From NCBI GenBank assembly GCA_022795575.1, contig JAAWGY010000001.1:1-42449 (forward strand): a DNA stretch of 42,449 nucleotides. The letters are read 5' to 3'. A model generated the notes under the pieces. That model did no database searches and was not told the origin of the DNA. It saw only the letters and a program-made list of their open reading frames with translations. Of this stretch, positions 1 to 8,175 are shown piece by piece. Position 1 is the stretch's first letter; each line of letters starts with the position of its first letter. The DNA is from Angelakisella sp. (lineage in GTDB: Bacteria; Bacillota; Clostridia; Oscillospirales; Ruminococcaceae). Position numbers and translations under genes: made by a program.

Positions 1-175
1 AACGCAGGAAGCCTTGATGGCTTTCAAGTTTTTGGGACAAAGGCAGCTGGGAAAGCTGCCGTCCAGATGGGTGTCGACAATTTTGATGGTTGCTATAAAG
101 AATAAAAACAGTTTTTCATGTTACGAAGGATGGCCCTTTGGTCCTTTCCACCCATCCGTAGCGTCATCCCCCAAA

Positions 176-257
176 GGGCGTAAAAGTTTCGGTCAAGCCT
201 TTTGGGAGGCTTGCAGCTCCAGGGCAGAGCCCAGGTCGCCCAACGGGCGAAACGCCC
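176..257. repeat. REP-like multi-hairpin intergenic element
   Basis: Three consecutive inverted repeats (CAAGCCT 194-200/AGGCTTG 207-213; GGGC 222-225/GCCC 229-232; TCGCCC 236-241/GGGCGA 245-250) enclosed by GGGCGT 176-181/ACGCCC 252-257, just downstream of the GNAT gene. Only one copy seen in this window. Confidence 0.5.
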
Positions 258-282
258 CCGCTGGATTCCCCTTCCTTGGCGC

Positions 283-1182
283 TCACCCCTCCAGCCCGAT
301 CCAGTACCGTTGGATAACCCCGCTTCGGCTCAGCCCAGCCTCATCCACGACCTCATTTTCCAGAACGCCGCCGTTTGCCAAAATCGTCCGGGCGGAGGCG
401 GTATTCGCCCTGTCGCAGGTGACAAGCACCCGCGCCATCCCCAGGGCCCGGCAGTGCTCCAGCATCAGCCGGAGCATCTCCCCGGCGTATCCCTTCCCCC
501 GCTCCCCCGGCAGGACACTGTAGCCGATGTTCCCCCCGAACCGCAGCAGGAAGGGGGTCAGCCGGTGGCGCAGGTCGATGATCCCCACCACTCTGCTGTC
601 CTCCTGCCGCACCGCCAGCCGGACGGTGGAGGGGACATAGTCCGCCCCGTACTTCCGGGAGAGCCGACCGGCAAAATCCAGCCAGTCCTCGTAGCGGTCG
701 GTTTCCTCCAGCCCGGCACAGCCGTCAAAGCTGTCACCGGCCCGGAGGAACGCCTCCCGATAGGCCATCACCTGGGCCTCGTGCTCCGGCGCCGGCTCCA
801 TCAGCCTGATCCGCGGGTCCATCGTCTCCACCTCCAAAAGCTCCCGGAGCTCCGCCAACAGCTCCTCTTCCCCCAGGTCCCAGGGAAAGGGGTCGGCGTC
901 CTCCATGGCGTTATTCCGAATATTCTCTTCCCGGTCGGCGCACTCGATGACCAGAAAGGGCTTTTGGGGAAAAAGCACCTCGTCCACCCGGTAAAACCAA
1001 CCCCGGTACCGGTAAACCGTCCGGCTCGAGATGCGCCGCTCTGCCACCCCCGGGCCGTACACAGCCACCGGATGAGGACTCCCCAGCCGGGTAGGCTCCG
1101 CCCCCAGCCGGAGCAGCAGCGCCTCCACCCGGTCCTTTGCCTCCTCCAGCTGCCGCCGGGTGATGTTTTGATAGGGCCACAT
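283..1182 (-). CDS. GNAT family N-acetyltransferase with an unknown ~120 aa N-terminal domain
   Basis: C-terminal part has GNIGYSVLPGERGKGYA (acetyl-CoA binding motif A) and VLVTCDRANTASARTILANGG, typical of RimJ/RimL-like GNATs. Starts 3 nt after the recN stop. Confidence 0.85.
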   Translation of the reverse strand: MWPYQNITRRQLEEAKDRVEALLLRLGAEPTRLGSPHPVAVYGPGVAERRISSRTVYRYRGWFYRVDEVLFPQKPFLVIECADREENIRNNAMEDADPFPWDLGEEELLAELRELLEVETMDPRIRLMEPAPEHEAQVMAYREAFLRAGDSFDGCAGLEETDRYEDWLDFAGRLSRKYGADYVPSTVRLAVRQEDSRVVGIIDLRHRLTPFLLRFGGNIGYSVLPGERGKGYAGEMLRLMLEHCRALGMARVLVTCDRANTASARTILANGGVLENEVVDEAGLSRSGVIQRYWIGLEG

Positions 1183-1185
1183 GGA

Positions 1186-2853
1186 TCAGTTTCCCGCCAG
1201 GGTCAGCAGCTCCCGGGCGCTTTCCATGGCGATGTCGGTGATGTTCTCCCCGGCGTTGATCCGGGCCAGCTCCCGCACCCGCTCCTCCCGGTCCAGCACC
1301 TCCACATGGGTGTAGGTGCGCTCCTTTTCCACCTGCTTGTAGATGCGGCTGTGGTGGCCGGCGTAGGCCGCCACCTGGGCCAGGTGGGTGACGCAGATCA
1401 CCTGCCGGCTTTTGGCCACCTGGGCCAGCTTTAGGCCGATCTTTTGGGCGGCGCGGCCGCTGACGCCGGTGTCCACCTCGTCAAAGATCAGGGTGCCCAC
1501 CCCGCCCTTGCCGGCCAGCACCGTTTTGATGGCCAGCATCACCCGGCTCAACTCGCCGCCGCTGGCGGTTTTGGAAAGGGGCTTGGGCTCCTCCCCGGGG
1601 TTTGCGGCCAGGAAAAATTCCACGCTGTCCCAGCCGGTGGGCCCCAGCTCCCGCCGGGTGGTGTTCAGGCTGAGGCGGACGTTGGGCATATCCAGGTAGG
1701 CCAGCTCCTCCCGGACGCTGGCGATGAACCGCTCCCCTGCCCTGCTCCGCTTGGCGCTGAGGGCTTCTGCCAGCTTTTCCGCCTGGGCGGTGAGGGCCTG
1801 CTCCTCCTCCCGCAGCTGGGCCGCCCGCTCGTCGGCAAAGGTCAGCTCGTCCAGCTCCTGGGCGCTGCGCTCCCCATAGGCGATGATCTCCTCCACGGTG
1901 GCGCCGTACTTCTTTTTCAGGCGGTACAGCAGGTCCAGCCGGTCCTCGATGCGGTCCAGCTGCCGGGGGTCAAAGCTGTAGTCCTCCAGGCTCCCCCGGA
2001 GGGTGGAGGCCAGCTCCTCCAGGTCGTACCGCAGGTCCTCCACCTTGCTCTGGTACTCCTCCAGGCCGCTGACAAATTGGGAGGCGGTGTCCAGCTCCTC
2101 GCCAAGGCTCCCCAGGGCGGAGACGATGCCGATGCCGTCCTCCCCGCCGGTGAGGAGCTGGTAGCCGCTGCCCAGCGCCCCGGTGATCCGCTCCGAGTTG
2201 CGGATCATCTCCCGCTGGGCCAGCAGCTCCTCCTCCTCCCCGGGGGTGAGGGAGGCGGACTCGATCTCGTTCAGCTGGTACTGGAGCAGGTCCTGGCGCT
2301 GGAGCTTATAGCTTTCGTCCATCTCCAGGCTCTCCCGTTTTTCCCGCACCTGGCAAAGGCTGCGGTACACCCTTTGGTAGGCCTCCAAATCCCCCTCCAG
2401 CCCGCCGAAGCCGTCCACAAAGCTCAGGTGCTTTTCGGTGGAGAGCAGCTCCTGGCTGTCCCGCTGGCCGTGGATATCGATAAGGAGGGAGGCGATCTGG
2501 CGGAGCAGGGCGGTGGTGGCCGGCCGGCCGTTGATGCGGCAGCTGCCGCTGCCCCCGGCGTCCAGCTCCCGGTGGATCATCAGCTGGCCCTCCTCCGCCG
2601 TGTACCCCAGCTCCTCCACCTGCCGGGCGGCGTCGGGGGAAAGGTCCGAAAAGAGGGCGGAGACCACCGCCCGGCTCTCCCCGCTGCGGATGATGCTGCG
2701 GGAGGTGCGGGCCCCCAGCACCGCGTTGATGGCGCTGATGAGGATGGTTTTACCGGCGCCGGTTTCGCCGGTAAAGACGTTAAAGCCCTCCCGCAGCCGG
2801 ATATCGGCCTTTTGGATTACCGCGATGTTTTCGATGTAAAGCTGGGACAGCAA
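1186..2853 (-). CDS. recN: DNA repair protein RecN
   Basis: Walker A TGETGAGKT, signature ASGGELSR, Walker B LIFDEVDTGVSG, VICVTHLAQVA. Start moved to TTG at 2853 (LLSQLYIENIAVI) behind AGGCAGGTGA. Follows argR. Confidence 0.97.
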   Translation of the reverse strand: MLSQLYIENIAVIQKADIRLREGFNVFTGETGAGKTILISAINAVLGARTSRSIIRSGESRAVVSALFSDLSPDAARQVEELGYTAEEGQLMIHRELDAGGSGSCRINGRPATTALLRQIASLLIDIHGQRDSQELLSTEKHLSFVDGFGGLEGDLEAYQRVYRSLCQVREKRESLEMDESYKLQRQDLLQYQLNEIESASLTPGEEEELLAQREMIRNSERITGALGSGYQLLTGGEDGIGIVSALGSLGEELDTASQFVSGLEEYQSKVEDLRYDLEELASTLRGSLEDYSFDPRQLDRIEDRLDLLYRLKKKYGATVEEIIAYGERSAQELDELTFADERAAQLREEEQALTAQAEKLAEALSAKRSRAGERFIASVREELAYLDMPNVRLSLNTTRRELGPTGWDSVEFFLAANPGEEPKPLSKTASGGELSRVMLAIKTVLAGKGGVGTLIFDEVDTGVSGRAAQKIGLKLAQVAKSRQVICVTHLAQVAAYAGHHSRIYKQVEKERTYTHVEVLDREERVRELARINAGENITDIAMESARELLTLAGN

Positions 2854-2928
2854 AAAAATCACCTGCCTGTTTGTTGGTGTGTCACAAGTTTTTTCCGGCG
2901 GGCAAAAGCAGGCCCGCGCCAAAGCGCG

Positions 2929-3402
2929 TTACTTCCGGGACGCCTTGGCCTTGGCCGCCGTTGCCTTTAGGAACTCGGCAAACTCCTCCGCCTGGCGCTG
3001 GGTGCGCAGCAGCAGGAAGATGGTGTCGTCCCCGGCGATGGTCCCCACCAGCCCCTCCCAGGAGCCGTTATCCACCGCCACACAGACGGCGTTGGCCATG
3101 CCGGCGTAGCATTTAACCACCACAAAATTGCCGGCAAAATCCACCGACCGGATGGATTCCAGAAAGACAAAGTCGATATCCAGGGCCACGGCGTCCGCCT
3201 GCTTTTGGACCGGCAGGGTGTAGTAGTGCCCGCCGGTGGGAGAAAGGGCTTTGACCAGCCGCAGCTCCCGGATGTCCCGGGAGATGGTGGCCTGGGTGGC
3301 GTGGAACCCCGCCTCAGCCAGGCGGAGCTGGAGCTCCTCCTGGGTGGTGACGGTGTTGTGCTGGATGATGGAAAGGATCTTTTCCTGCCGCTTGCTCTTC
3401 AT
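2929..3402 (-). CDS. argR: Arginine repressor
   Basis: MKSKRQEKIL, TQATISRDIREL, GTIAGDDTIF motifs; conserved nadK-argR-recN order. Confidence 0.97.
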   Translation of the reverse strand: MKSKRQEKILSIIQHNTVTTQEELQLRLAEAGFHATQATISRDIRELRLVKALSPTGGHYYTLPVQKQADAVALDIDFVFLESIRSVDFAGNFVVVKCYAGMANAVCVAVDNGSWEGLVGTIAGDDTIFLLLRTQRQAEEFAEFLKATAAKAKASRK

Positions 3403-3408
3403 GGCGGT

Positions 3409-4275
3409 TCAACCTCTCTGCTTGATCTTGGCCGTCAGAATCTCGAAAAACTCGTTTTCCCCAAAGCTGATGAATTCCGGCGACAGGGGGGAGCCGCCGA
3501 TGACGGCGGCGGTTCCCGCCGGCACCGTCACCCGGCGGGCGCCGTCGGCCACCGCCTGTAGCTCCCCGCCGGAGCGCAGGGTGATGGTCTTATCCCCGCC
3601 AAAGACGATGGGCCGGATGGCGATGGAATGGGGGCAGATGGGGATCATGGTAATGGTTTGGAGGGTGGGGTCCATCACCGGCCCCCCGGCGGAAAGGGCG
3701 TAGGCGGTGGAGCCGGTGGGGGTGGAGAAGATCACCCCGTCGGCGCCGTACCGGTCCACCAGCCTGCCGTTGCACAGGATCTCAAAATCGGCCAGGTTCT
3801 GGTCCGGGGCCTTGGTAAAGACGATATCGTTGATGGCAAAGGGCAGCCCCTGGCAGCCCTTCCCCAAAAGCCGGGCCTGGATGGCGTACCGCCGCTCCCG
3901 GGTAAAGTCCCCGCTCCTTAGGCGCAGCAGGTACTTTTCCAGCTCCTCCGCCTCAATCTGGGCCAGAAAGCCCAGCCGCCCCAGGTTAACCCCCACCACA
4001 GGCCGGTCCGCCTGGGCGGCGCAGCAGGCGCTGTGGATCATCGTCCCATCCCCCCCGATGGAAAGGAGCAGGTCGCACCCCGCCGCCGCGGCCTCGGCGC
4101 CCTCTCCCCCGTCCTCCACCGGGCCGATGCCCGCCGCGGCCATGGCGGCGGCATCGGCGGAGGGCGCTACGGCGGTCATCCCCAGCTCCGCCATCCGGCG
4201 GCAGAGCTCCCGCAGCAGCTCGCAGGTGCGGGGCTTTGTAAAGTTGGGCATCAGCAGTATCCGCAATCCTGTCAT
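3409..4275 (-). CDS. nadK: NAD(+) kinase
   Basis: GGDGT, GVNLGRLGFL and ADGVIFSTPTGSTAYALSAGGP motifs. Confidence 0.96.
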   Translation of the reverse strand: MTGLRILLMPNFTKPRTCELLRELCRRMAELGMTAVAPSADAAAMAAAGIGPVEDGGEGAEAAAAGCDLLLSIGGDGTMIHSACCAAQADRPVVGVNLGRLGFLAQIEAEELEKYLLRLRSGDFTRERRYAIQARLLGKGCQGLPFAINDIVFTKAPDQNLADFEILCNGRLVDRYGADGVIFSTPTGSTAYALSAGGPVMDPTLQTITMIPICPHSIAIRPIVFGGDKTITLRSGGELQAVADGARRVTVPAGTAAVIGGSPLSPEFISFGENEFFEILTAKIKQRG

Positions 4276-5093
4276 CTCCCGTCGGCGTCCTTTTTGTCCA
4301 GGGCGGCGTGGGACCGGGCCACCACCCGGGCCGCCTCCTCCGGGTCCACCCCGGAGCCCTCCCCGCCCTTTTGCAGCAGCAGCAGGTACTCGATGTTCCC
4401 CTCCGGCCCCTTTACCGGGGAGTAGGTGAGGCCCCGGGGGGCAAGGCCCAGCTCCCGGGCGGCTTCGGCCACCCGGCAGATCACCTCCTCGTGGACGGCG
4501 GGGTCCCGGACCACCCCCTTTTTGCCCACCTTCTCCCGCCCCGCCTCAAACTGGGGCTTGACAAGGCAGACCGCTTTACAGCCGTCCTTCAGCAGCCGGC
4601 AGACCACCGGCAGCACCAGCCGCAGCGAGATAAAGGAGACATCCACCGAAAGGAAGTCCAGCTCCTCCGGGATCTGCTCCCCGGTGACGTAGCGGATGTT
4701 GGTCCGCTCCAGGTTCACCACCCGGGGGTCGCAGCGCAGCTTCCAGGCCAGCTGGCCGTAGCCCACGTCCACGGCGTAAACCCTGGCCGCCCCCTTTTGC
4801 AGCATACAGTCGGTAAACCCCCCGGTGGAGGCCCCGATGTCGGCGCAGGCAAACCCCTCCAGCGTCAGGCCAAAGGCCTCCATCGCCTTTTGCAGCTTCA
4901 GCCCGCCCCGGCTGACAAAGGGCAGCGTCTCCCCCCGCACCTCTATCCTGCTGTCCTCCCCCACCGGCTGGCCGGGCTTATCCGCCCGCTGGCCGTCCAC
5001 AAAGACCTGCCCCGCCATAATGATGGCCTTGGCCCGGTCCCTGCCGCTTACCAGCCCCCGGGCCACAATGGCGGCGTCCAAACGCTCCTTCAC
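4272..5093 (-). CDS. tlyA: TlyA family rRNA (cytidine-2'-O)-methyltransferase
   Basis: N-terminal S4-like KERLD, FVSRGGLKL, DIGASTGGFTD, DVSFISL, LVKPQFE, GPEGNIEYL. Confidence 0.96.
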   Translation of the reverse strand: MKERLDAAIVARGLVSGRDRAKAIIMAGQVFVDGQRADKPGQPVGEDSRIEVRGETLPFVSRGGLKLQKAMEAFGLTLEGFACADIGASTGGFTDCMLQKGAARVYAVDVGYGQLAWKLRCDPRVVNLERTNIRYVTGEQIPEELDFLSVDVSFISLRLVLPVVCRLLKDGCKAVCLVKPQFEAGREKVGKKGVVRDPAVHEEVICRVAEAARELGLAPRGLTYSPVKGPEGNIEYLLLLQKGGEGSGVDPEEAARVVARSHAALDKKDADGR

Positions 5094-5109
5094 AGCTGTT
5101 CCCCTCTCT

Positions 5110-5631
5110 TTATCCCATTGGCGGCGACATGGCCGAGGCGATGAGCACCCCCAGCAGCATCCCCCCCAGCACCTCCAGGGGGGTGTGCCCCAGGAACTCC
5201 TTCAGCTCCTTCGGCTCTGCCGGGGTACCGTCCCCCTTCTCCTCCTCCGCCTGGGGGCCAAAGTTTTCCTCGATCTCCTGGTTCAGCAGGTCAAAAACCT
5301 TGCTGAAGATGATCTTGTTGAGCACCTTGGCCTGCTCCCCGGCGGCGCGGCGCACCCCCATGGCGTCGTACATCACCACCATGGCAAAGGCAAAGGTGAC
5401 GCCGAAGAGGGGGGAATCGAACCCCACCAGCTTGGCCATCCCCACCGTCATGGAGCAGACCAGGGCCGAGTGGGAGCTGGGCATCCCCCCGGCGCCGAAC
5501 ATCCGCTCCAGCCGCACCTCCCGGAAGCGGAAGAAGGTAAGGATGGTCTTGATCAGCTGGGCGCTGAACCAGGAGGTGACACCGACATTGATGATGTAGT
5601 TGCTGGTGATGACGCCCCAAAGGTTATCCAT
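5110..5631 (-). CDS. Divergent PAP2 family protein (DUF212)
   Basis: GGMPSSHSA, VMYDAMGVRRAAGEQA and LKEFLGHTPLEV motifs; usual position after ispA. Confidence 0.93.
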   Translation of the reverse strand: MDNLWGVITSNYIINVGVTSWFSAQLIKTILTFFRFREVRLERMFGAGGMPSSHSALVCSMTVGMAKLVGFDSPLFGVTFAFAMVVMYDAMGVRRAAGEQAKVLNKIIFSKVFDLLNQEIEENFGPQAEEEKGDGTPAEPKELKEFLGHTPLEVLGGMLLGVLIASAMSPPMG

Positions 5632-5657
5632 CGATTTCGCCTCCCGTTATGCTTTAT

Positions 5658-6551
5658 CTATCGGTCCCGCTGTGCCAGCCGGTCGGCCAGCTGGTAGAGG
5701 AACGGATCGTCCAACACCGAGCCCTTGATGGCCAAATCCGCCTCCAGCACCAGCTCCTTTACAATCTGCCGGGACTTTTCCACCCCATAGAGGGTGGCGT
5801 AGGTGGTTTTGCCGTTCTCCTGGTCGCTGTCGATGGGCTTGCCCAGCGCCTCCGGGGTGGAGGTGACGTCCAAAAGGTCGTCGGTGATCTGGAAGGCCAG
5901 CCCCAGGTTTTTGGCGTAGCTGTCCGCCTTGGCGATGATATCGTCCGAGGCCCCGGCGATGATGCAGCCGATCCGGGCGCTGGCCCGGATAAGGGAGCCT
6001 GTCTTTAGGGAGTGGAGCAGGTTCAGCGCCTCCCCGGTGATGGGCTTGCCCTCGTGCTGGATATCGATGACCTGTCCCCCCACCATGCCGCCGGTGCCGA
6101 TGGCCCGGGCCAGCTCCGCCGCCGCCTTTACCACCCGCTGGGGGGGATATCTGCCGGTGTAATACTGCCCCAGCATCGTCTCAAACCCCAGGGTCAGCAG
6201 GCCGTCCCCCGCCAGCACCGCCATGGCCTCCCCGTACCGGACGTGGCAGGAGGGCTTGCCCCGGCGCAGGTCGTCGTCGTCCATGCAGGGCAGGTCGTCG
6301 TGGATCAGGGAGTAGGCGTGGACCATCTCGATGGCGCAGGCGAAGGGCATGGCCTCCTCGGTGGTGCCGCCGCAGAGGCGGCAGAAGACCAGGCAGAGGA
6401 CGGCCCGGATCCGTTTGCCTCCCCCCAAAAGGCTGTAGGCCATGGCCTCCTGCACCGTTTTTTGCAGGGTGTCCCCCTGGGGGAGGTAGCCCGGCAGGGC
6501 AGCCTCCACCGCCTGATAATCGCGCGCAAACTGTTCCTCATAGCTGCCCAT
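5658..6551 (-). CDS. ispA: Polyprenyl synthetase (farnesyl diphosphate synthase)
   Basis: GGKRIR, first aspartate-rich motif SLIHDDLPCMDDDDLRRG, second motif FQITDDLLD. Confidence 0.96.
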   Translation of the reverse strand: MGSYEEQFARDYQAVEAALPGYLPQGDTLQKTVQEAMAYSLLGGGKRIRAVLCLVFCRLCGGTTEEAMPFACAIEMVHAYSLIHDDLPCMDDDDLRRGKPSCHVRYGEAMAVLAGDGLLTLGFETMLGQYYTGRYPPQRVVKAAAELARAIGTGGMVGGQVIDIQHEGKPITGEALNLLHSLKTGSLIRASARIGCIIAGASDDIIAKADSYAKNLGLAFQITDDLLDVTSTPEALGKPIDSDQENGKTTYATLYGVEKSRQIVKELVLEADLAIKGSVLDDPFLYQLADRLAQRDR

Positions 6552-6583
6552 TCAAACGGCCTCCTTCCCCGCCGGCGTCCGGC

Positions 6584-6743
6584 TTACCGGTCCCTCCGTG
6601 TCCTCTCGATGGCGTGTACCACCCACCCTATGCCGGCAATCAGCGCCAGCAGCACCGCTCCCCCATAGGGCCGGTTGCCAAGGCCCCTGCAAAAAAGCCT
6701 GCCAGGGCGGGATGCACATCGTTGCCACCGCCAAAACGGCCAT
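6584..6743 (-). pseudogene. Small hydrophobic ORF interrupted by one extra base
   Basis: GGAGGAGG RBS then ATG at 6743 (MAVLAVATMCIPPWQAFLQ); after the T6/G4 runs (6684-6696) a shifted frame reads GLGNRPYGGAVLLALIAGIGWVVHAIERTRRDR to TAA at 6584-6586. Span is 160 nt = 3n+1. Confidence 0.5.
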
Positions 6744-6757
6744 GGTCTCCTCCTCCG

Positions 6758-6952
6758 CTACGCCTCCGGCACCCGGTGCTCCTCCAGCACCAGCTCCGCC
6801 TCCCGCAGCTGGTCCATGCACCGCCGGGATAGCTTCATCCCCTCGGCAAAAAGGGCCAGCGAATCGTCCAGGGTAACGGTGTCCTCCCCCAGCCTGCTTA
6901 CGATCTCCTCCAGCCGCCGGAGGGACTGCTCCATGGTTTCCTTCTGCTCCAC
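6758..6952 (-). CDS. xseB: Exodeoxyribonuclease VII small subunit
   Basis: EQSLRRLEEIVSRL...LDDSLALFAEG pattern; GTG start at 6952 after AAGGAGG; follows xseA. Confidence 0.93.
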   Translation of the reverse strand: MEQKETMEQSLRRLEEIVSRLGEDTVTLDDSLALFAEGMKLSRRCMDQLREAELVLEEHRVPEA

Positions 6953-6956
6953 TCTC

Positions 6957-8174
6957 TCACTCCTCCTTCCTGCGGCAGACACGGATGGTGGATACCACCT
7001 CTCCGTCGGCCAGCAGGGTGGTCAGCTCCTGCCCCGGGGCCAGCCCCTCCACCGTGGTGACGGTTTTTCCCTCCCGCAGGGCGATGGACCAGCCCTTGCG
7101 CATCACCGCGGCGGGGTTCAGCAGCTCCAGCTGCCGCAGCAGGTGCAGCGTCTGCCCCTCCAGGGCGGATAATTTTCCTTTTTCCGCATCCCATAGTAAT
7201 CTTACCAAATATTCCAGCCGTTGTCTATTTTTTTCCACCCGCTGCCGGGGAGATCTTGCCGAAAGAAGGCGGATGCTCTGCTCCAGCCGCTGCTCCCGGC
7301 GGCGGAGCTGTCCCTCTGCCGCCGTGGCCACGGCCTCCCGGAGCCGGCGGACCTGCTCCAGCAGCGCCTCCCGGTCGGGGCAAAGGAGCTCCCCTGCCGC
7401 CGTGGGGGTGGCGGCTCTGGCATCGGCCACCAAATCCAGGATGGAGTAATCCACCTCGTGGCCCACCGCCGATACCACCGGCACCGGGCAGCGGCACACC
7501 TGGTACGCCAGGGCCTCGTCGTTAAAGGCGGAGAGGTCCTCGTTGGAGCCGCCCCCCCGGGCGATCACCGCCGCCTGGCAAAGGCCCTCCTCCTCCATGG
7601 CCCGCAGCGCCCGGCACACCGAGGCGGGGGCCGACGCCCCCTGGACGGTGCAGGGGTAGTGGATGAGCCTGCACCCGTACCCCCGGCGGCGGAAGGCCTT
7701 GACGATATCCTGGAGGGCGGCACCCTCCCGGGAGGTGATAACCCCCACCGTATCCGGAAAGGGGGGCATGGGGCGCTTGCGCTCCTGGCGGAAGAGCCCC
7801 TCCCGGTAGAGCCGCTGCTTCAGCGCCTCCAGGTCCCGCCGGCCCTGGCCCTCCCCCAGGGGCTGGACATCGTAGACCTTTAGCTGGAAGCTGCCGCTCT
7901 GCTCGTAAAGGGTGGCCATCCCCCGCACGATTACCGCGTCCCCCTCCTCCGGCAGCTCCTGGAGCCGCTGGACGTAGCTGCTGAACATGACGCACTTTAC
8001 CAGCCCCCCATCGTCCCGGATGGAAAAATAGAGGTGGCCGGTGGCCCGGTGGAGGGTAAGGTTGCTTACCTCTCCCTTGACCATAATGTCCTCCAGCGTC
8101 TTCTGCTCCTCCAAAAGGGACCGCACATAGCGGCAGAGCTGGGAGACGGTGAGGACGCGAAACCCTGGGGCCAA
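6957..8174 (-). CDS. xseA: Exodeoxyribonuclease VII large subunit
   Basis: LTVSQL, GEVSN...GHLYFSI, ARGGGSNEDL, SAVGHEVD, RAATPTAA. Start moved to TTG at 8174 after GGGAGG. Confidence 0.96.
   Translation of the reverse strand: MAPGFRVLTVSQLCRYVRSLLEEQKTLEDIMVKGEVSNLTLHRATGHLYFSIRDDGGLVKCVMFSSYVQRLQELPEEGDAVIVRGMATLYEQSGSFQLKVYDVQPLGEGQGRRDLEALKQRLYREGLFRQERKRPMPPFPDTVGVITSREGAALQDIVKAFRRRGYGCRLIHYPCTVQGASAPASVCRALRAMEEEGLCQAAVIARGGGSNEDLSAFNDEALAYQVCRCPVPVVSAVGHEVDYSILDLVADARAATPTAAGELLCPDREALLEQVRRLREAVATAAEGQLRRREQRLEQSIRLLSARSPRQRVEKNRQRLEYLVRLLWDAEKGKLSALEGQTLHLLRQLELLNPAAVMRKGWSIALREGKTVTTVEGLAPGQELTTLLADGEVVSTIRVCRRKEE
7199..7227 (-). promoter_or_regulatory. Putative internal sigma-A promoter within xseA
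   Basis: TAGACA-17 nt-TAAGAT with TG extension, in an AT-rich patch of a GC-rich CDS. Confidence 0.55.
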
Positions 8175-8175
8175 T

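Noticed and set aside
71-80. TGTCGAC as a Spo0A box
   Set aside because: One mismatch to TGNCGAA, single site, and no visible target gene in the window.
1-120. Partial CDS at the left edge
   Set aside because: Only short open frames on either strand with no recognisable motif.
5632-6757. Possible OLE RNA near ispA
   Set aside because: OLE RNA is about 600 nt; the gaps around ispA are 26 and about 205 nt and no OapA-like gene is present.
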